Source: Elusimicrobiota bacterium (GTDB lineage: Bacteria > CG03 > SLGR01 > JBDRKX01). Taken from it: 64,000 nt of DNA. The DNA lies in contig JBDRKX010000057.1 in assembly GCA_043813605.1 (NCBI GenBank), forward strand, positions 886 to 64,885, written 5' to 3'. How positions within the stretch are numbered: position 1 is the first letter of the stretch; each line of letters begins with the position of its first letter. The notes beneath the pieces were generated by a model. The model worked only from the letters and a program-made list of their open reading frames with translations. It was not told where the DNA came from and did not search any database. Below are positions 37,041 through 46,670 of this stretch, in pieces. The position numbers and the translations under genes were made by a program.

Positions 37041-38482
37041 AAGCTTGCTCCGTTTTGTTTGGGGCTGTAAAATACCTTAAGATTTCCTGTCCCCATGCGC
37101 AGAAGCTGCCGCGGACTTCTGCAAAAACACTTTAACTGCATCCATCCGAAGCTGGATATAAATATAAGGTCAAATATGAAATTTGCAGGCAGCTTGATTA
37201 TCAGTTTTAAAAAGTTTAGAGGAACAGGTGTTTTAACTGCCAGGTAAAAGAGCTTGTGCAGGTTTACAAGGCGGCGTATATCTTTCTGTACAAGAGGAGA
37301 ATTTTTGAAATATGTAGAATCGTATGATGCGTTTTCCATGTTTGGGAGAAGACCTTTTTCCAGGCAGTACTTGCTTATTTTAAGTCCTGGATAGGGTTGG
37401 AAAATAGAAAAATAGAGATAATCAGTTTTTATGAGCCTGTTCAGCGTTACTGTCTCCAGGGCATTGTCAACGCTCTCGCCCGGAAGCCCGAGAATATTGG
37501 CAGTTAGGAATTTGATACCGTATTTATGAAGTAATTTTGCGCAGGCTATGATCTGATCATTGCCGATATTTTTATTCAATATTTCCTTGCGTATTTTTTC
37601 GTTTCCGCTTTCAAGACCGAAACAGACCTTGGATACTCCGGCCTTTGCAAGAGCAGCAATTGTATCTTCGTCAGCTGAAGCCGCCTGTATATTGCATACA
37701 AAGGGAAGTCCTATATGCGCGCTGTATTTTTCAGAAAATTCCGCTATCCATTTTCTGTCTATTGTGAAATATTCGTCTACGAAAGTGAAAGATTTTGGAT
37801 TGTATTTTAGTTTAAGTTCAGTGAGCTCAGTTACTACTCTGCCGACACTGTGTTTTCTTGCAAATTTACTGTTGCTGTTGTATAGTTTTCGTGTCAGCTG
37901 GTTATAGCAGTAGCTGCAATCAAATACGCAGCCCCTGCCCGCCAGCACATCAATGGAAGATGGCTTATTGAAGTATCCGTATTTCTGATAGAGTTCTCTG
38001 TCAGGGAAAGGAAGTTCGTCAAGGTCAATAAGCGGCCGCAAAGGATTTCTTGCAATTCTTCCCTGTTCTTTTATCCAGAGCCCGGCTATGTCGGTATAAG
38101 AAGTATTAGCGTCAATGCTGTTAGAGAGTTCAAGCATCGCATATTCGCCTTCTCCCCTGCAGATTATGTCAACAGCTTCTTCTTTTATACTTTCTTCCGG
38201 AAAGAGAGTGGGGTGCAGATTGCCTAAAACGCTTATAATTCTGTTGCCGGCCGCCTTAAGCCTTGATACTGTTTCGAGCGCCCATTCGAACTCTCCGGAT
38301 GCTGTAATTGTAGAAAATGCGACTATATCAGGTTTTAGCTTTAGTATTTCCCTGACATTGTTTTCTATATCCGCATCCATAACAAGTTCAACCTCGTGTC
38401 CGTGTTTCTTCAGCATTGCGGATATGGACATCGTTCCAAAAAAAGCGTATACGACTCTCTGGCAGAATACTACTTTTGCCAT
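37037..38482 (-). CDS. B12-binding domain radical SAM protein (subfamily B)
   Basis: LGNLHPT and RGEGE motifs. LAGRGCVFDCSYCYN CxxxCxxC. 4-nt overlap with the aminotransferase gene. Confidence 0.8.
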   Translation of the reverse strand: MAKVVFCQRVVYAFFGTMSISAMLKKHGHEVELVMDADIENNVREILKLKPDIVAFSTITASGEFEWALETVSRLKAAGNRIISVLGNLHPTLFPEESIKEEAVDIICRGEGEYAMLELSNSIDANTSYTDIAGLWIKEQGRIARNPLRPLIDLDELPFPDRELYQKYGYFNKPSSIDVLAGRGCVFDCSYCYNQLTRKLYNSNSKFARKHSVGRVVTELTELKLKYNPKSFTFVDEYFTIDRKWIAEFSEKYSAHIGLPFVCNIQAASADEDTIAALAKAGVSKVCFGLESGNEKIRKEILNKNIGNDQIIACAKLLHKYGIKFLTANILGLPGESVDNALETVTLNRLIKTDYLYFSIFQPYPGLKISKYCLEKGLLPNMENASYDSTYFKNSPLVQKDIRRLVNLHKLFYLAVKTPVPLNFLKLIIKLPANFIFDLIFISSFGWMQLKCFCRSPRQLLRMGTGNLKVFYSPKQNGASL

Positions 38483-38488
38483 ATTTGT

Positions 38489-38768
38489 TTAATCTGGAAC
38501 ATAGACGCCTGCCGTATATCTTTCGCTGTGCTTTATGTGTTTATATCTATGTTCATGCATAAGTATCCTGAATTCTTCGATTGTGCGGATCCGGTAGTCA
38601 GCGGCGCATAAGTAATTCATCAGTTTCTGCAGAATAGAGCTGTTCTTTTTTCTTTCTTACCACATCCTCGGTTATTATAATCCTTTTTGCGATCTTCTTC
38701 ATGTCCGATCTTTCATAATACCGCAGGATAGATCCGTCCACCAGACACAATATATCAAACTATATTGT
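38489..38768 (-). pseudogene. Frameshifted, 5'-truncated duplicate of the C-terminal half of the adjacent methyltransferase gene (38769-39353)
   Basis: The reverse strand translates in two frames to ...ILRYYERSDMKKIAKRIIITEDVVRKKKEQ and then KNSSILQKLMNYLCAADYRIRTIEEFRILMHEHRYKHIKHSERYTAGVYVPD*. These align with ...VIHELLEDFKNIAERVVIIEDVLIKKRKDSSILQKVMNFLCGIEYELFTAAEFEKLMKEHGYSCKKNDKRYYTGYFA of the intact gene. The frame switches at a poly-A run. Confidence 0.6.
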
Positions 38769-39353
38769 TCATTCCTTTCGTGCGAAATAGCCTGTATAAT
38801 ACCGCTTATCGTTTTTTTTACAGCTATAGCCGTGTTCCTTCATCAGCTTTTCGAATTCAGCTGCAGTAAACAGCTCATATTCAATACCGCATAGAAAATT
38901 CATCACTTTTTGAAGAATTGAACTGTCTTTCCGTTTCTTAATCAATACATCTTCTATTATTACAACCCTTTCTGCTATATTCTTAAAATCCTCCAGCAAT
39001 TCATGTATAACTGTTTTTCTGAAATGCGCCAGTGAAATAATCATGATAACTACATCGGCTCTGAATTTCCCCCCGCTCATGCCGGATCTTATGTCATAAC
39101 AATGGTGCTTGATGCCTTTTTTTGCCAAATGTGCACTGAAAGATACGCTTGCATCAATACATTCATATACACAGCCATCGGGCAAGAACCCGCTCAAAAC
39201 CCCCGTCCCGGAGCAGACATCTATAACTGAATCTCTACTTTCTATATACTCTGCCGCTATCTTAAAGCGCTTATTGTAAGAAAACCCCAATTTAAGCGCA
39301 GTAAGAGTATTATACATCAGGCAGTTGCGGTAATAAAGGCCTCTCCACAACAT
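38769..39353 (-). CDS. Class I SAM-dependent methyltransferase
   Basis: Motif I VIDVCSGTGVLSGFL. About 194 aa. Confidence 0.7.
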   Translation of the reverse strand: MLWRGLYYRNCLMYNTLTALKLGFSYNKRFKIAAEYIESRDSVIDVCSGTGVLSGFLPDGCVYECIDASVSFSAHLAKKGIKHHCYDIRSGMSGGKFRADVVIMIISLAHFRKTVIHELLEDFKNIAERVVIIEDVLIKKRKDSSILQKVMNFLCGIEYELFTAAEFEKLMKEHGYSCKKNDKRYYTGYFARKE

Positions 39354-39357
39354 TTGT

Positions 39358-39855
39358 CTATTTATGGAAGACCTTCTTAATGCTCGGTCGAGTTAAACAA
39401 TATATAACGGCAACACAGAATACCACGTTTAGAAGAGAATGGACTATTATGGAAATAACAGTTATCGTCTCATAAGACAATCCGGTATTCAGAAAAAAAC
39501 CATATTTCTGGTCAAGCTTTTTTGTATGCTCTAAAAAAGCCGGATAATGATGTTTCCAGTAAACCGTTATTATTGTAAACAGGCATATGCATATCAATAT
39601 TTTTCTGTATATCTCTTTAAAATGCATTATACCGATCGCCGTTATAATACCGAGTATGCGCTGAAACCAGGAAAAAAGATAGCGGACAGTAGCAAGCCAT
39701 CCCATGTATTCATATACCTGGAAATACATGTCTCTGTCTACATAAAGTTTATGCATATGAATAACCGGGCCTATGATATACAATATACCTATGACAATAA
39801 CTGCTGCTCGGGGAGTAGTATCTGCCTGAGTATTTGAAACATCTTTACTGTTCAT
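39358..39855 (-). CDS. Hypothetical integral membrane protein (4 predicted TM helices)
   Basis: Hydrophobic segments AAVIVIGILYIIGPVI, ILGIITAIGIM, ILICICLFTIITV, VISIIVHSLLNVVFCVAVIYCL. No recognisable motif. Confidence 0.5.
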   Translation of the reverse strand: MNSKDVSNTQADTTPRAAVIVIGILYIIGPVIHMHKLYVDRDMYFQVYEYMGWLATVRYLFSWFQRILGIITAIGIMHFKEIYRKILICICLFTIITVYWKHHYPAFLEHTKKLDQKYGFFLNTGLSYETITVISIIVHSLLNVVFCVAVIYCLTRPSIKKVFHK

Positions 39856-40000
39856 AGCGATATAATACGGTTATTATTGTAATGATATTAAGTTTTATAG
39901 CTAAAAGCAATTTGTCCCGGCCTGACTATAATAGAGGACAACAGTTTCAGATCCCAGTATACCCAGCTAACACATCATATGATCAGCAACGGTATTATTC

Positions 40001-40777
40001 TTAAGGCAGAATAATACGACGCAGCTTCTTTCTTTTGTAGACCCTCAAATCATTTCTTTTTAGCAAGATCATTTTACGGTATTCAGCAGGAGTATAGCCG
40101 CTGAATTTTTTAAACATCCGTATAAATGATTCTGTATTCAGATAACCCATTTTTTCGGATATGTAAGATATGCTGCAATTATGCTCCTGAAGCAGGTTCT
40201 TTGCCTTATTCATTTTGACAATGAATTTGTATTTATTAAAATTCATGCCTGTTTCCCGCTTAAACGCACGGCTTAAATATTTTGGGCTCAAGTAAACCAG
40301 TTCCGCCACATCAACAAGGCTCAGCTTTTTATACCAATTCCTCTTTATTATGTCTTTTACTCTATCCATTTTACTATGAGCATCCACACTATGAAAAAAA
40401 TTCTCTTTTTTCCTTTCGAGCACATTTTCTATTATTGCTTTAATCTGCTCGGTATCCAAAGTCTTTTCGATATAATCATCCGCCCGGTTTCTTAAAGCAT
40501 TGATGATTGAATCTTTTGTAGCATAAGCTGTCGATATTATTACAGAAATTCCAGGGGCACATTTCTTTATCTTTGTAAGGAACTCAATACCTTTCATTTC
40601 GGGCATTATTACATTCAGGATAACCAGGCCGATCTCATTCGGTTCTTTAAGCAACCGCACTGCTTCTTTACCATTAGAAACTCCGATTGAATTGTATTCC
40701 CCGAGAGACTTTCTTAAATCTCTCCGGTACTTTTTGTCATTATCTACTATTGCGATCTTTGTATACATTTTTTCCAA
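40001..40777 (-). CDS. Response regulator with AraC-type helix-turn-helix output domain
   Basis: Receiver (IAIVDNDKKYRRDL...VILNVIMPEMKG). C-terminal AraC HTH (LSLVDVAELVYLSPKYLSRAFKRETGMNFNKYKF...MGYLNTESFIRMFKKFSGYTPAEYR). Confidence 0.8.
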   Translation of the reverse strand: MEKMYTKIAIVDNDKKYRRDLRKSLGEYNSIGVSNGKEAVRLLKEPNEIGLVILNVIMPEMKGIEFLTKIKKCAPGISVIISTAYATKDSIINALRNRADDYIEKTLDTEQIKAIIENVLERKKENFFHSVDAHSKMDRVKDIIKRNWYKKLSLVDVAELVYLSPKYLSRAFKRETGMNFNKYKFIVKMNKAKNLLQEHNCSISYISEKMGYLNTESFIRMFKKFSGYTPAEYRKMILLKRNDLRVYKRKKLRRIILP

Positions 40778-41039
40778 AACTTTATCTATTATATACTGGT
40801 TTTTACAAAATTATAATTAATATTGCAACATTAGGATCTTACTGACAGCGGATTCAGGAAACAACTCAACCGTAAAACGACAATGCTGTTCCAATATAAT
40901 CAAATATATTAATTTTTCGTTAAGGGACCGAAAGGGGATTGCTTATTTTTAATTGTTAAATATCCCGAATGCCGGTTCGCTTACAGTATACAGCACTGCT
41001 TTTAAAAGATATGTTTTTTATTCCAAAAATATCCTGGAA

Positions 41040-41771
41040 CTATTTTGCGCCCTTTTTCTTGAGGAGAACGGCTATTTTTTCTCTTTTATGCTTCTCTGCT
41101 ATTTGCAACGGAGTCAGACCTTCATCATTCGTTACATTTAATTTAGCGCCGTTGTCTATAAGAAACTCAACCATATCGGCAGATTCATAGAATACCGCAA
41201 ACATGAGTGGAGTTTTGTTCCCGGGACCTGCCGCATTGATATCGGCTTTGGCTTTTAGCAGCAGTTTTGCTGCATCAAGAGCATTATGGCGTACTGCTGA
41301 CATCATCGGGGCCCAGCCATTCTTTTTTGTTGCATTCACCTTTGCCCCCTTTTTCAATAAATATTCGGTGATGTCAACATTATTAGTCGCTGCTGCTACT
41401 GTCAACGGATACTTCGGCGTGTTTATTCCCAGATTGATATCTGCTCCCTCATCTATAAGGAACTTGGCCATTGCTGTCTGCTTGGCCATTATTGCTCCCG
41501 TCAGTGCCGTCATACCCTTGGAGTTTTTTACATTAATATCTGCTCCCTCCTTAAGTGCTTTTTTCACTTCTTCAATCTTTCCCTCTTTAATTGCTTCCCG
41601 CGGAAGAGCATTTTCCGGGCGCTCAACCTTAGCTTTGCTTTTCTCTGCACCTGCTTTACTTTTCTCTGCACCTGCTTTGCTTTTCTCTGCACCTGCAGGA
41701 TAAACCCCGGCATACGACACAATGCTTACCACCATACTAAAACACAAGATAACAGATAGATATTTTCTCAT
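41040..41771 (-). CDS. Secreted ankyrin-repeat protein with an N-terminal AGAEKSK heptad tandem repeat
   Basis: Signal peptide MRKYLSVILCFSMVVSIVSYA. 3x AGAEKSK. At least 4 ANK repeats (G.TPL..A........V.LL...GA..N). Confidence 0.75.
   Translation of the reverse strand: MRKYLSVILCFSMVVSIVSYAGVYPAGAEKSKAGAEKSKAGAEKSKAKVERPENALPREAIKEGKIEEVKKALKEGADINVKNSKGMTALTGAIMAKQTAMAKFLIDEGADINLGINTPKYPLTVAAATNNVDITEYLLKKGAKVNATKKNGWAPMMSAVRHNALDAAKLLLKAKADINAAGPGNKTPLMFAVFYESADMVEFLIDNGAKLNVTNDEGLTPLQIAEKHKREKIAVLLKKKGAK
41633..41695. repeat. 3 x 21-bp direct tandem repeat (coding; AGAEKSK x3)
   Basis: GCTTTGCTTTTCTCTGCACCT / GCTTTACTTTTCTCTGCACCT / GCTTTGCTTTTCTCTGCACCT. Confidence 0.8.
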
Positions 41772-41878
41772 CCTGATTGCCTCCTTTTGATTTTTATCAA
41801 TATAGCCTCACTTCCTAATACGGATTTTAACATCAATTGCCCAAATGTCAAGAAAACACTGCATTAATCCGGACTGCT

Positions 41879-43189
41879 TCACTCCTGACAACAGCCGATA
41901 TCCCGCGTTCTTGCCGTCTTGAAATTTGCGCATCCGCCCTGACATATATTCTTATCATCAAAAACTGTATCCCCGGATCCTCTATTGCCCTGCAGATAGT
42001 CTATAAAATTCGCGTACAGACCGCAGGAGCTGCATTTGCCCAGCAGTGGTTTTTTTAATATTTCCGCAAGTTTTTTCTTATAAAACATCTCAATTTCTTT
42101 CCGATTATTAAAACTGAATATCTCTGGCCCTTTAAGAAAAACTGACGGGCATGGAAAAACCGTCAGATCCGGATTAATGGTCAACAGCGTATAAAATCCG
42201 TCTTCCGAAGCATATGTTATCGGGCACCGGGCAAAACATATCTTGGGAAATTTTCCTTTTATCTTCTTCCATTCCTCATCAGAAAACAGGCATTGAGGCA
42301 GCGGCCGATAAATAAAAAACGGGATAAACATCATAGAACTCATACTAATCATTTTATCCAGTTTACTAAATAGAATATTCTTCCCGATAAAGATATCTTC
42401 CGCTGCCGTCTCCCCTGAAACAGCCGGAAGCTCAAGGCTGACTCTTATATACTTGGGCCGGAACCTGCTCGCATCCAGAAATATTTCCCTGCATGAATCA
42501 TCTTCTTCTGCAGCAGTGATAATATGTGAAAACCCAAATGGGATGCGCCTTTTCGACAGCCCGGACAGGTTTTCTCTGAATATTTTTTTTCTTGTTTCAT
42601 CCAGTTCATTTATAATGCTGTAATTTACCGAGATATCATACAGCAAAGGATTATCCAGTACATCAAGCAGTTCCTGATCATAGAGGTTGTTTGTTGACAT
42701 TGTAACTTCAAAACCCTCTTCAAAACACATCTCCAGCATCCTTGAGAATTCGGGATGTACCGTCGGCTCCCCGCCCAGCAACCTGATTTTATCCCACCCC
42801 TGCGTACCTGCCCAAGTTAAAACACGGGACATATCAGCAGGACTAATCTCCTGAGGCATTTCTTTCTGGAGTCCTTCAGCATAGCATGAATGGCATGCTA
42901 AATTACATCGATAGGTCAGGCATATCCTCAGGCATCCCATGAAATTTTTCATAAAAACATCCGGATTCCGGGTAATATTGAGAGCCGCCCGTTGATAAAG
43001 GGTATTCAGCAGTCCGGGTTCTTTATCCGTATCAAAAGATTCAACAGGTTTTTTCGACACAAATAACAATCTGATTACCTCCGAAACAAATAATGTAAAG
43101 AAAACTGAGCCAAGTCTTTGCAGCCGGGCATTTTTTACAAGATCAAAAAGTTTGTTCTTTTTTCTTAAAAGGTGTTTTGTTATGCTCAT
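41879..43189 (-). CDS. Radical SAM/SPASM-domain protein with an N-terminal TM helix
   Basis: LTYRCNLACHSCYAEG CxxxCxxC; LLGGEPTVHPEF; C-terminal SPASM-like CPSVF...GKCSSCGLYANF...CQGGCANF. A hydrophobic N-terminal segment SVFFTLFVSEVIRLLFV. Confidence 0.7.
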   Translation of the reverse strand: MSITKHLLRKKNKLFDLVKNARLQRLGSVFFTLFVSEVIRLLFVSKKPVESFDTDKEPGLLNTLYQRAALNITRNPDVFMKNFMGCLRICLTYRCNLACHSCYAEGLQKEMPQEISPADMSRVLTWAGTQGWDKIRLLGGEPTVHPEFSRMLEMCFEEGFEVTMSTNNLYDQELLDVLDNPLLYDISVNYSIINELDETRKKIFRENLSGLSKRRIPFGFSHIITAAEEDDSCREIFLDASRFRPKYIRVSLELPAVSGETAAEDIFIGKNILFSKLDKMISMSSMMFIPFFIYRPLPQCLFSDEEWKKIKGKFPKICFARCPITYASEDGFYTLLTINPDLTVFPCPSVFLKGPEIFSFNNRKEIEMFYKKKLAEILKKPLLGKCSSCGLYANFIDYLQGNRGSGDTVFDDKNICQGGCANFKTARTRDIGCCQE

Positions 43190-43202
43190 TTCAAGTAATC
43201 TT

Positions 43203-43979
43203 TCAATTTACTGCATCTTTTTTAACAGTGCATGATGCAGCCACAAACCATGCAGTCGGAACCTTTAAAAATTTTCTTTTTCCGGCCCATCCTGCATATA
43301 AAAGACAGAGCTGTGAAAATCTATCTGCCAATTCATCATTTACATATTTTCTCATCAGCAGCAGCAATGTATTCGCCGGGCTGATTATATGTACACAGTA
43401 ATCAATATCTTCAACTGTCCAACCGGTACTTTCTATTATACCCTTCAATTCAGACGCTGTATGTGTCTGCGCCGTGTAGTCAACCCGCCTCATCATTTTT
43501 TCTATCTTCAGCATAAGGCGAAAATTACAATTACTCTTATTATTATAAGTTATGATCAGCTTTCCGCCAGGTTTAATGACTCTCTTCAATTCGGTTAATG
43601 CCTCAACTAGTTCTTCGTCAGAATTAAAATGATCCAGTGTTGATGTGGAGAATATCATATCGAATGAGTTATCGTAAAAAGGGATATTCCTGACATCTGC
43701 CATTTTATAGATATGCTTAAGCCCCTTAGACCTGCTTCTATCCATAGCTATATTCACCGTCTTTTCTGAAATATCAATACCGAACACCTCTGATTCAGCA
43801 TATTCCGGCGAAAACAGGATCTCGTCTGTTCCATAAGCCTCCTCACGCAGATCTGTTTTTAATATTTTTTCTCCTGCAAGACCGCCGGCCCATCTTTTAA
43901 CAAGAGACCGGAATTCTCCAGCCTTGTATTTTCCAAGCATCGGGTCGATATGCGCATTATCGAGGTTCTTTTTTTTCAT
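43203..43979 (-). CDS. Class I SAM-dependent methyltransferase
   Basis: Methyltransf_11-like core (EVFGIDISEKTVNIA...FDMIFSTSTLDHF...VIKPGGKLIIT). Confidence 0.7.
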   Translation of the reverse strand: MKKKNLDNAHIDPMLGKYKAGEFRSLVKRWAGGLAGEKILKTDLREEAYGTDEILFSPEYAESEVFGIDISEKTVNIAMDRSRSKGLKHIYKMADVRNIPFYDNSFDMIFSTSTLDHFNSDEELVEALTELKRVIKPGGKLIITYNNKSNCNFRLMLKIEKMMRRVDYTAQTHTASELKGIIESTGWTVEDIDYCVHIISPANTLLLLMRKYVNDELADRFSQLCLLYAGWAGKRKFLKVPTAWFVAASCTVKKDAVN

Positions 43980-44010
43980 GATATACCGGTCTTTGTATAT
44001 ACCAGCAGTT

Positions 44011-45429
44011 CTACAATGTATTTTTTCTTAATACCCTGTGCCAGTATTTTTTTATTCCATAGACAAATCCTTTATGCCCCGTGGGGTAGAGCCTGAAATA
44101 TGATGTATAACCCTCCCACACAATAAAAAAACAAGAATAAAGTTTCTCCAGAGGGAGATATATTAATTTTTTGACAATCGGCAGAATAAACGGCCACTCT
44201 ACTGTCAGAGCAAACAATTTCCTGAGATTTTCTACTGCTCTTTTTTCATTCACCGATTCAAACAGAAAAGGCGTCTTTCCCGGTTCCAGATGGTCAATAT
44301 TGTCATCCAGCATATTATTGTCTTCACTAAATTTATGTATCTCTGTCTGCGGATACGGCATCAGCAGTTTAACACTGCTGTACCCGGGTCTTAAATCCAC
44401 ATTCATCTGTAATGTTTTGAAATCATCGGCCAGACTACCGGTAGGGATCCCTATAATATTAGTCATTTCCAGACGGATACCCTCTCTCTTTATACAACCG
44501 GCAGCTTTAACTATGCTTTCTCTGGACATCCCCCTTTTCAGGATATCATTCCGAAGCCGGTCGTCTGCTGTTTCCAGCCCCATACTCATTGCGATACACC
44601 CTGCTTTCTTAAGCAGTTTTACATTTTCTTCAGCTATAAGATCGGCCCGCACATAACAGAAAAATGGGATCCCTACCTCCAGTGAATATAGGGAAGTAAA
44701 TTCATCCAGCCATTCTCGAGAGGATATAAAAAGATCGTCTTCGAACATAACCAGTCTGATGTCTGTCTTTTCTTTCATCCTGCAGATCTCATCTATTACA
44801 TTCTCCGGGCTTCTTCTTCGGATTACATTCGCCCTGTGACCATACAACCGGCTATATGCAGGATGAGAGCAATATGAACAGCTATAAGGACACCCCCTGC
44901 CTGTGATCACGTGCATCTTGCCTTTACAATAAGTCTCATTGTCAGGAAACAGATCCCTGTCAGGAAAAGGCAGAGTATCGAGATCTTCGATAAGAGGCCT
45001 GGGAGGATTTCTGTAGATTATCCCGTCTTCCTTTACATAGAGATTTGCGATATTCCTGATATTCGTTTTTTCGCTCAAGGCTTTAATCAGTTCGAGAATG
45101 GCATATTCACCCTCTCCGCGGCAGACACAATCTATGCTTTTATCCTGGATTATTTCCGGGACAAAAGTTGGATGTGCGCCGCCAAATAGTGTGAAAATAT
45201 CGTATTTTTCTTTAACTTGCCTGTTAAGCTGTAAATATTCATTAAAAAAAACTGTCGGAGAACTGTACGCAAGCACATCATATGACCCTTTATTGAGCTC
45301 TCGGCATACTCTGGCATGATCCGCTCCAATTACCTTTACAAAGCAGCCGTACTGCTTTAAAAGCGCCGAAAGAAGCATAATCGAAATATGCTCTATATCA
45401 ATGTCTATTACAGGAAACAGTAATCTCAT
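44011..45429 (-). CDS. B12-binding domain radical SAM protein (subfamily B)
   Basis: FGGAHPT and RGEGE motifs. ITGRGCPYSCSYCSH CxxxCxxC. Confidence 0.8.
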   Translation of the reverse strand: MRLLFPVIDIDIEHISIMLLSALLKQYGCFVKVIGADHARVCRELNKGSYDVLAYSSPTVFFNEYLQLNRQVKEKYDIFTLFGGAHPTFVPEIIQDKSIDCVCRGEGEYAILELIKALSEKTNIRNIANLYVKEDGIIYRNPPRPLIEDLDTLPFPDRDLFPDNETYCKGKMHVITGRGCPYSCSYCSHPAYSRLYGHRANVIRRRSPENVIDEICRMKEKTDIRLVMFEDDLFISSREWLDEFTSLYSLEVGIPFFCYVRADLIAEENVKLLKKAGCIAMSMGLETADDRLRNDILKRGMSRESIVKAAGCIKREGIRLEMTNIIGIPTGSLADDFKTLQMNVDLRPGYSSVKLLMPYPQTEIHKFSEDNNMLDDNIDHLEPGKTPFLFESVNEKRAVENLRKLFALTVEWPFILPIVKKLIYLPLEKLYSCFFIVWEGYTSYFRLYPTGHKGFVYGIKKYWHRVLRKNTL

Positions 45430-45454
45430 TTGCTTTTACTTAATAACAAGCCCG

Positions 45455-46636
45455 CTACAACCCGGGCCTGTATCTTCTTATTACTCCCTGATACCTTTTC
45501 CTTATCCTCTCGGCTTCGACAACGGAACTGAATTTTCTTACAGCACTGGCGGCTTTCCTGCCTATCTCCTCTCTCAGTTGTGAATCATCTATGAGAGTAA
45601 CAATAGCTTCTGTCAATTCGTCTACATCCGCAGGAGAAACCAGCATCCCTGTTTCCCCGGTCTTTATCACCTGATGCGAACATGGCAGGGTAGTAAACAC
45701 TGAAGCCTTTCCGGCTGACATCGCCTCTAATAATGCAAGAGGCAGACCCTCGTACAGAGAAGGAAGGACAAAAACATCGCATGTATTGAGAAAATCCCTG
45801 ATCTTATCCGGAGGTATCTGTCCGGTAAACAACACATACTCCTGGAGATTTTTCTTGTTTATTAATCCCTGCAGATTCTTCATTTCACCGCAATCAGGGC
45901 CGACAATAAGGAGTTTTATACCTTTTTTCTTGTAATGACTCACCGCCCTGTCTATCGAAAATATCAGATACCTTATGCCTTTTCTCGGCAGTATCCTGGC
46001 GATAGTGAGGATAATGGTCTTGCCTTTAAGTCCGTATTTCTCGATAATCACCGGGTTTTTTTCCGCAGTCTCAAATGCGTCCACATCTATGCAATTGCCC
46101 TGGTAGACAATTCTTTTCTCTATATCAGTTTTCCCCGTAATTTCATATATCTCTTCTGCCTGGACCTCCGAATTACATATTATCATCCTTGTCCTGTATA
46201 AAAGAGGCCGCCCGATGAAAAAATCGTAGATTTTTTTCATGAATCTCAGAAACGGATTGCTGAAGTGATATCCGTATACGGTCAGTATCAAAGGCGTACC
46301 GCTTATTTTTGAAAAAATAAATGCCGTATCAGTTGTATTTGATCCATACTCAAATGCATGCACAATATCCGGTTTTTCCTTCCATAACGCCCTGAAAACA
46401 CCGAATACAAACCTGTATATCTGAAGAGGATTACTTGAAACCTTTAAAGAAAATGTCGGGAGTGTCAGCAGGGTATAACCGCCGATTTTTTTTCTTGACG
46501 AACACATTCGGGTACCGCCTGAAATAACAATAACATCATCTGTCTTGGAGAGTTCTGACGCCAGATGATGTATATGATGCTCCCTCCCTCCTAAACAATC
46601 AGGGTATGCAGTATGTACAACAAATGCTATTTTCAT
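45455..46636 (-). CDS. Family 4 glycosyltransferase (GT-B)
   Basis: HTAYPDCLGGREHHIHHLASEL N-terminus. C-terminal EGLPLALLEAMSAGKASV motif. Confidence 0.8.
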   Translation of the reverse strand: MKIAFVVHTAYPDCLGGREHHIHHLASELSKTDDVIVISGGTRMCSSRKKIGGYTLLTLPTFSLKVSSNPLQIYRFVFGVFRALWKEKPDIVHAFEYGSNTTDTAFIFSKISGTPLILTVYGYHFSNPFLRFMKKIYDFFIGRPLLYRTRMIICNSEVQAEEIYEITGKTDIEKRIVYQGNCIDVDAFETAEKNPVIIEKYGLKGKTIILTIARILPRKGIRYLIFSIDRAVSHYKKKGIKLLIVGPDCGEMKNLQGLINKKNLQEYVLFTGQIPPDKIRDFLNTCDVFVLPSLYEGLPLALLEAMSAGKASVFTTLPCSHQVIKTGETGMLVSPADVDELTEAIVTLIDDSQLREEIGRKAASAVRKFSSVVEAERIRKRYQGVIRRYRPGL

Positions 46637-46670
46637 TATTTAGGTTTACCTACCCGAAAATATTAAAATT

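Noticed and set aside
40778-41039. Small plus-strand ORFs (40953-41141, 40969-41190) in the gap upstream of the AraC-type regulator
   Set aside because: They overlap the 3' end of the ankyrin gene on the other strand, have no RBS and give low-complexity translations. The region is better explained as the promoter/UTR of the regulator gene.
41633-41695. Possible CRISPR-like or non-coding tandem repeat
   Set aside because: There are only three 21-bp units with no spacers. They are in-frame and encode AGAEKSK x3 within an ankyrin protein, so this is a coding microsatellite, not a CRISPR.
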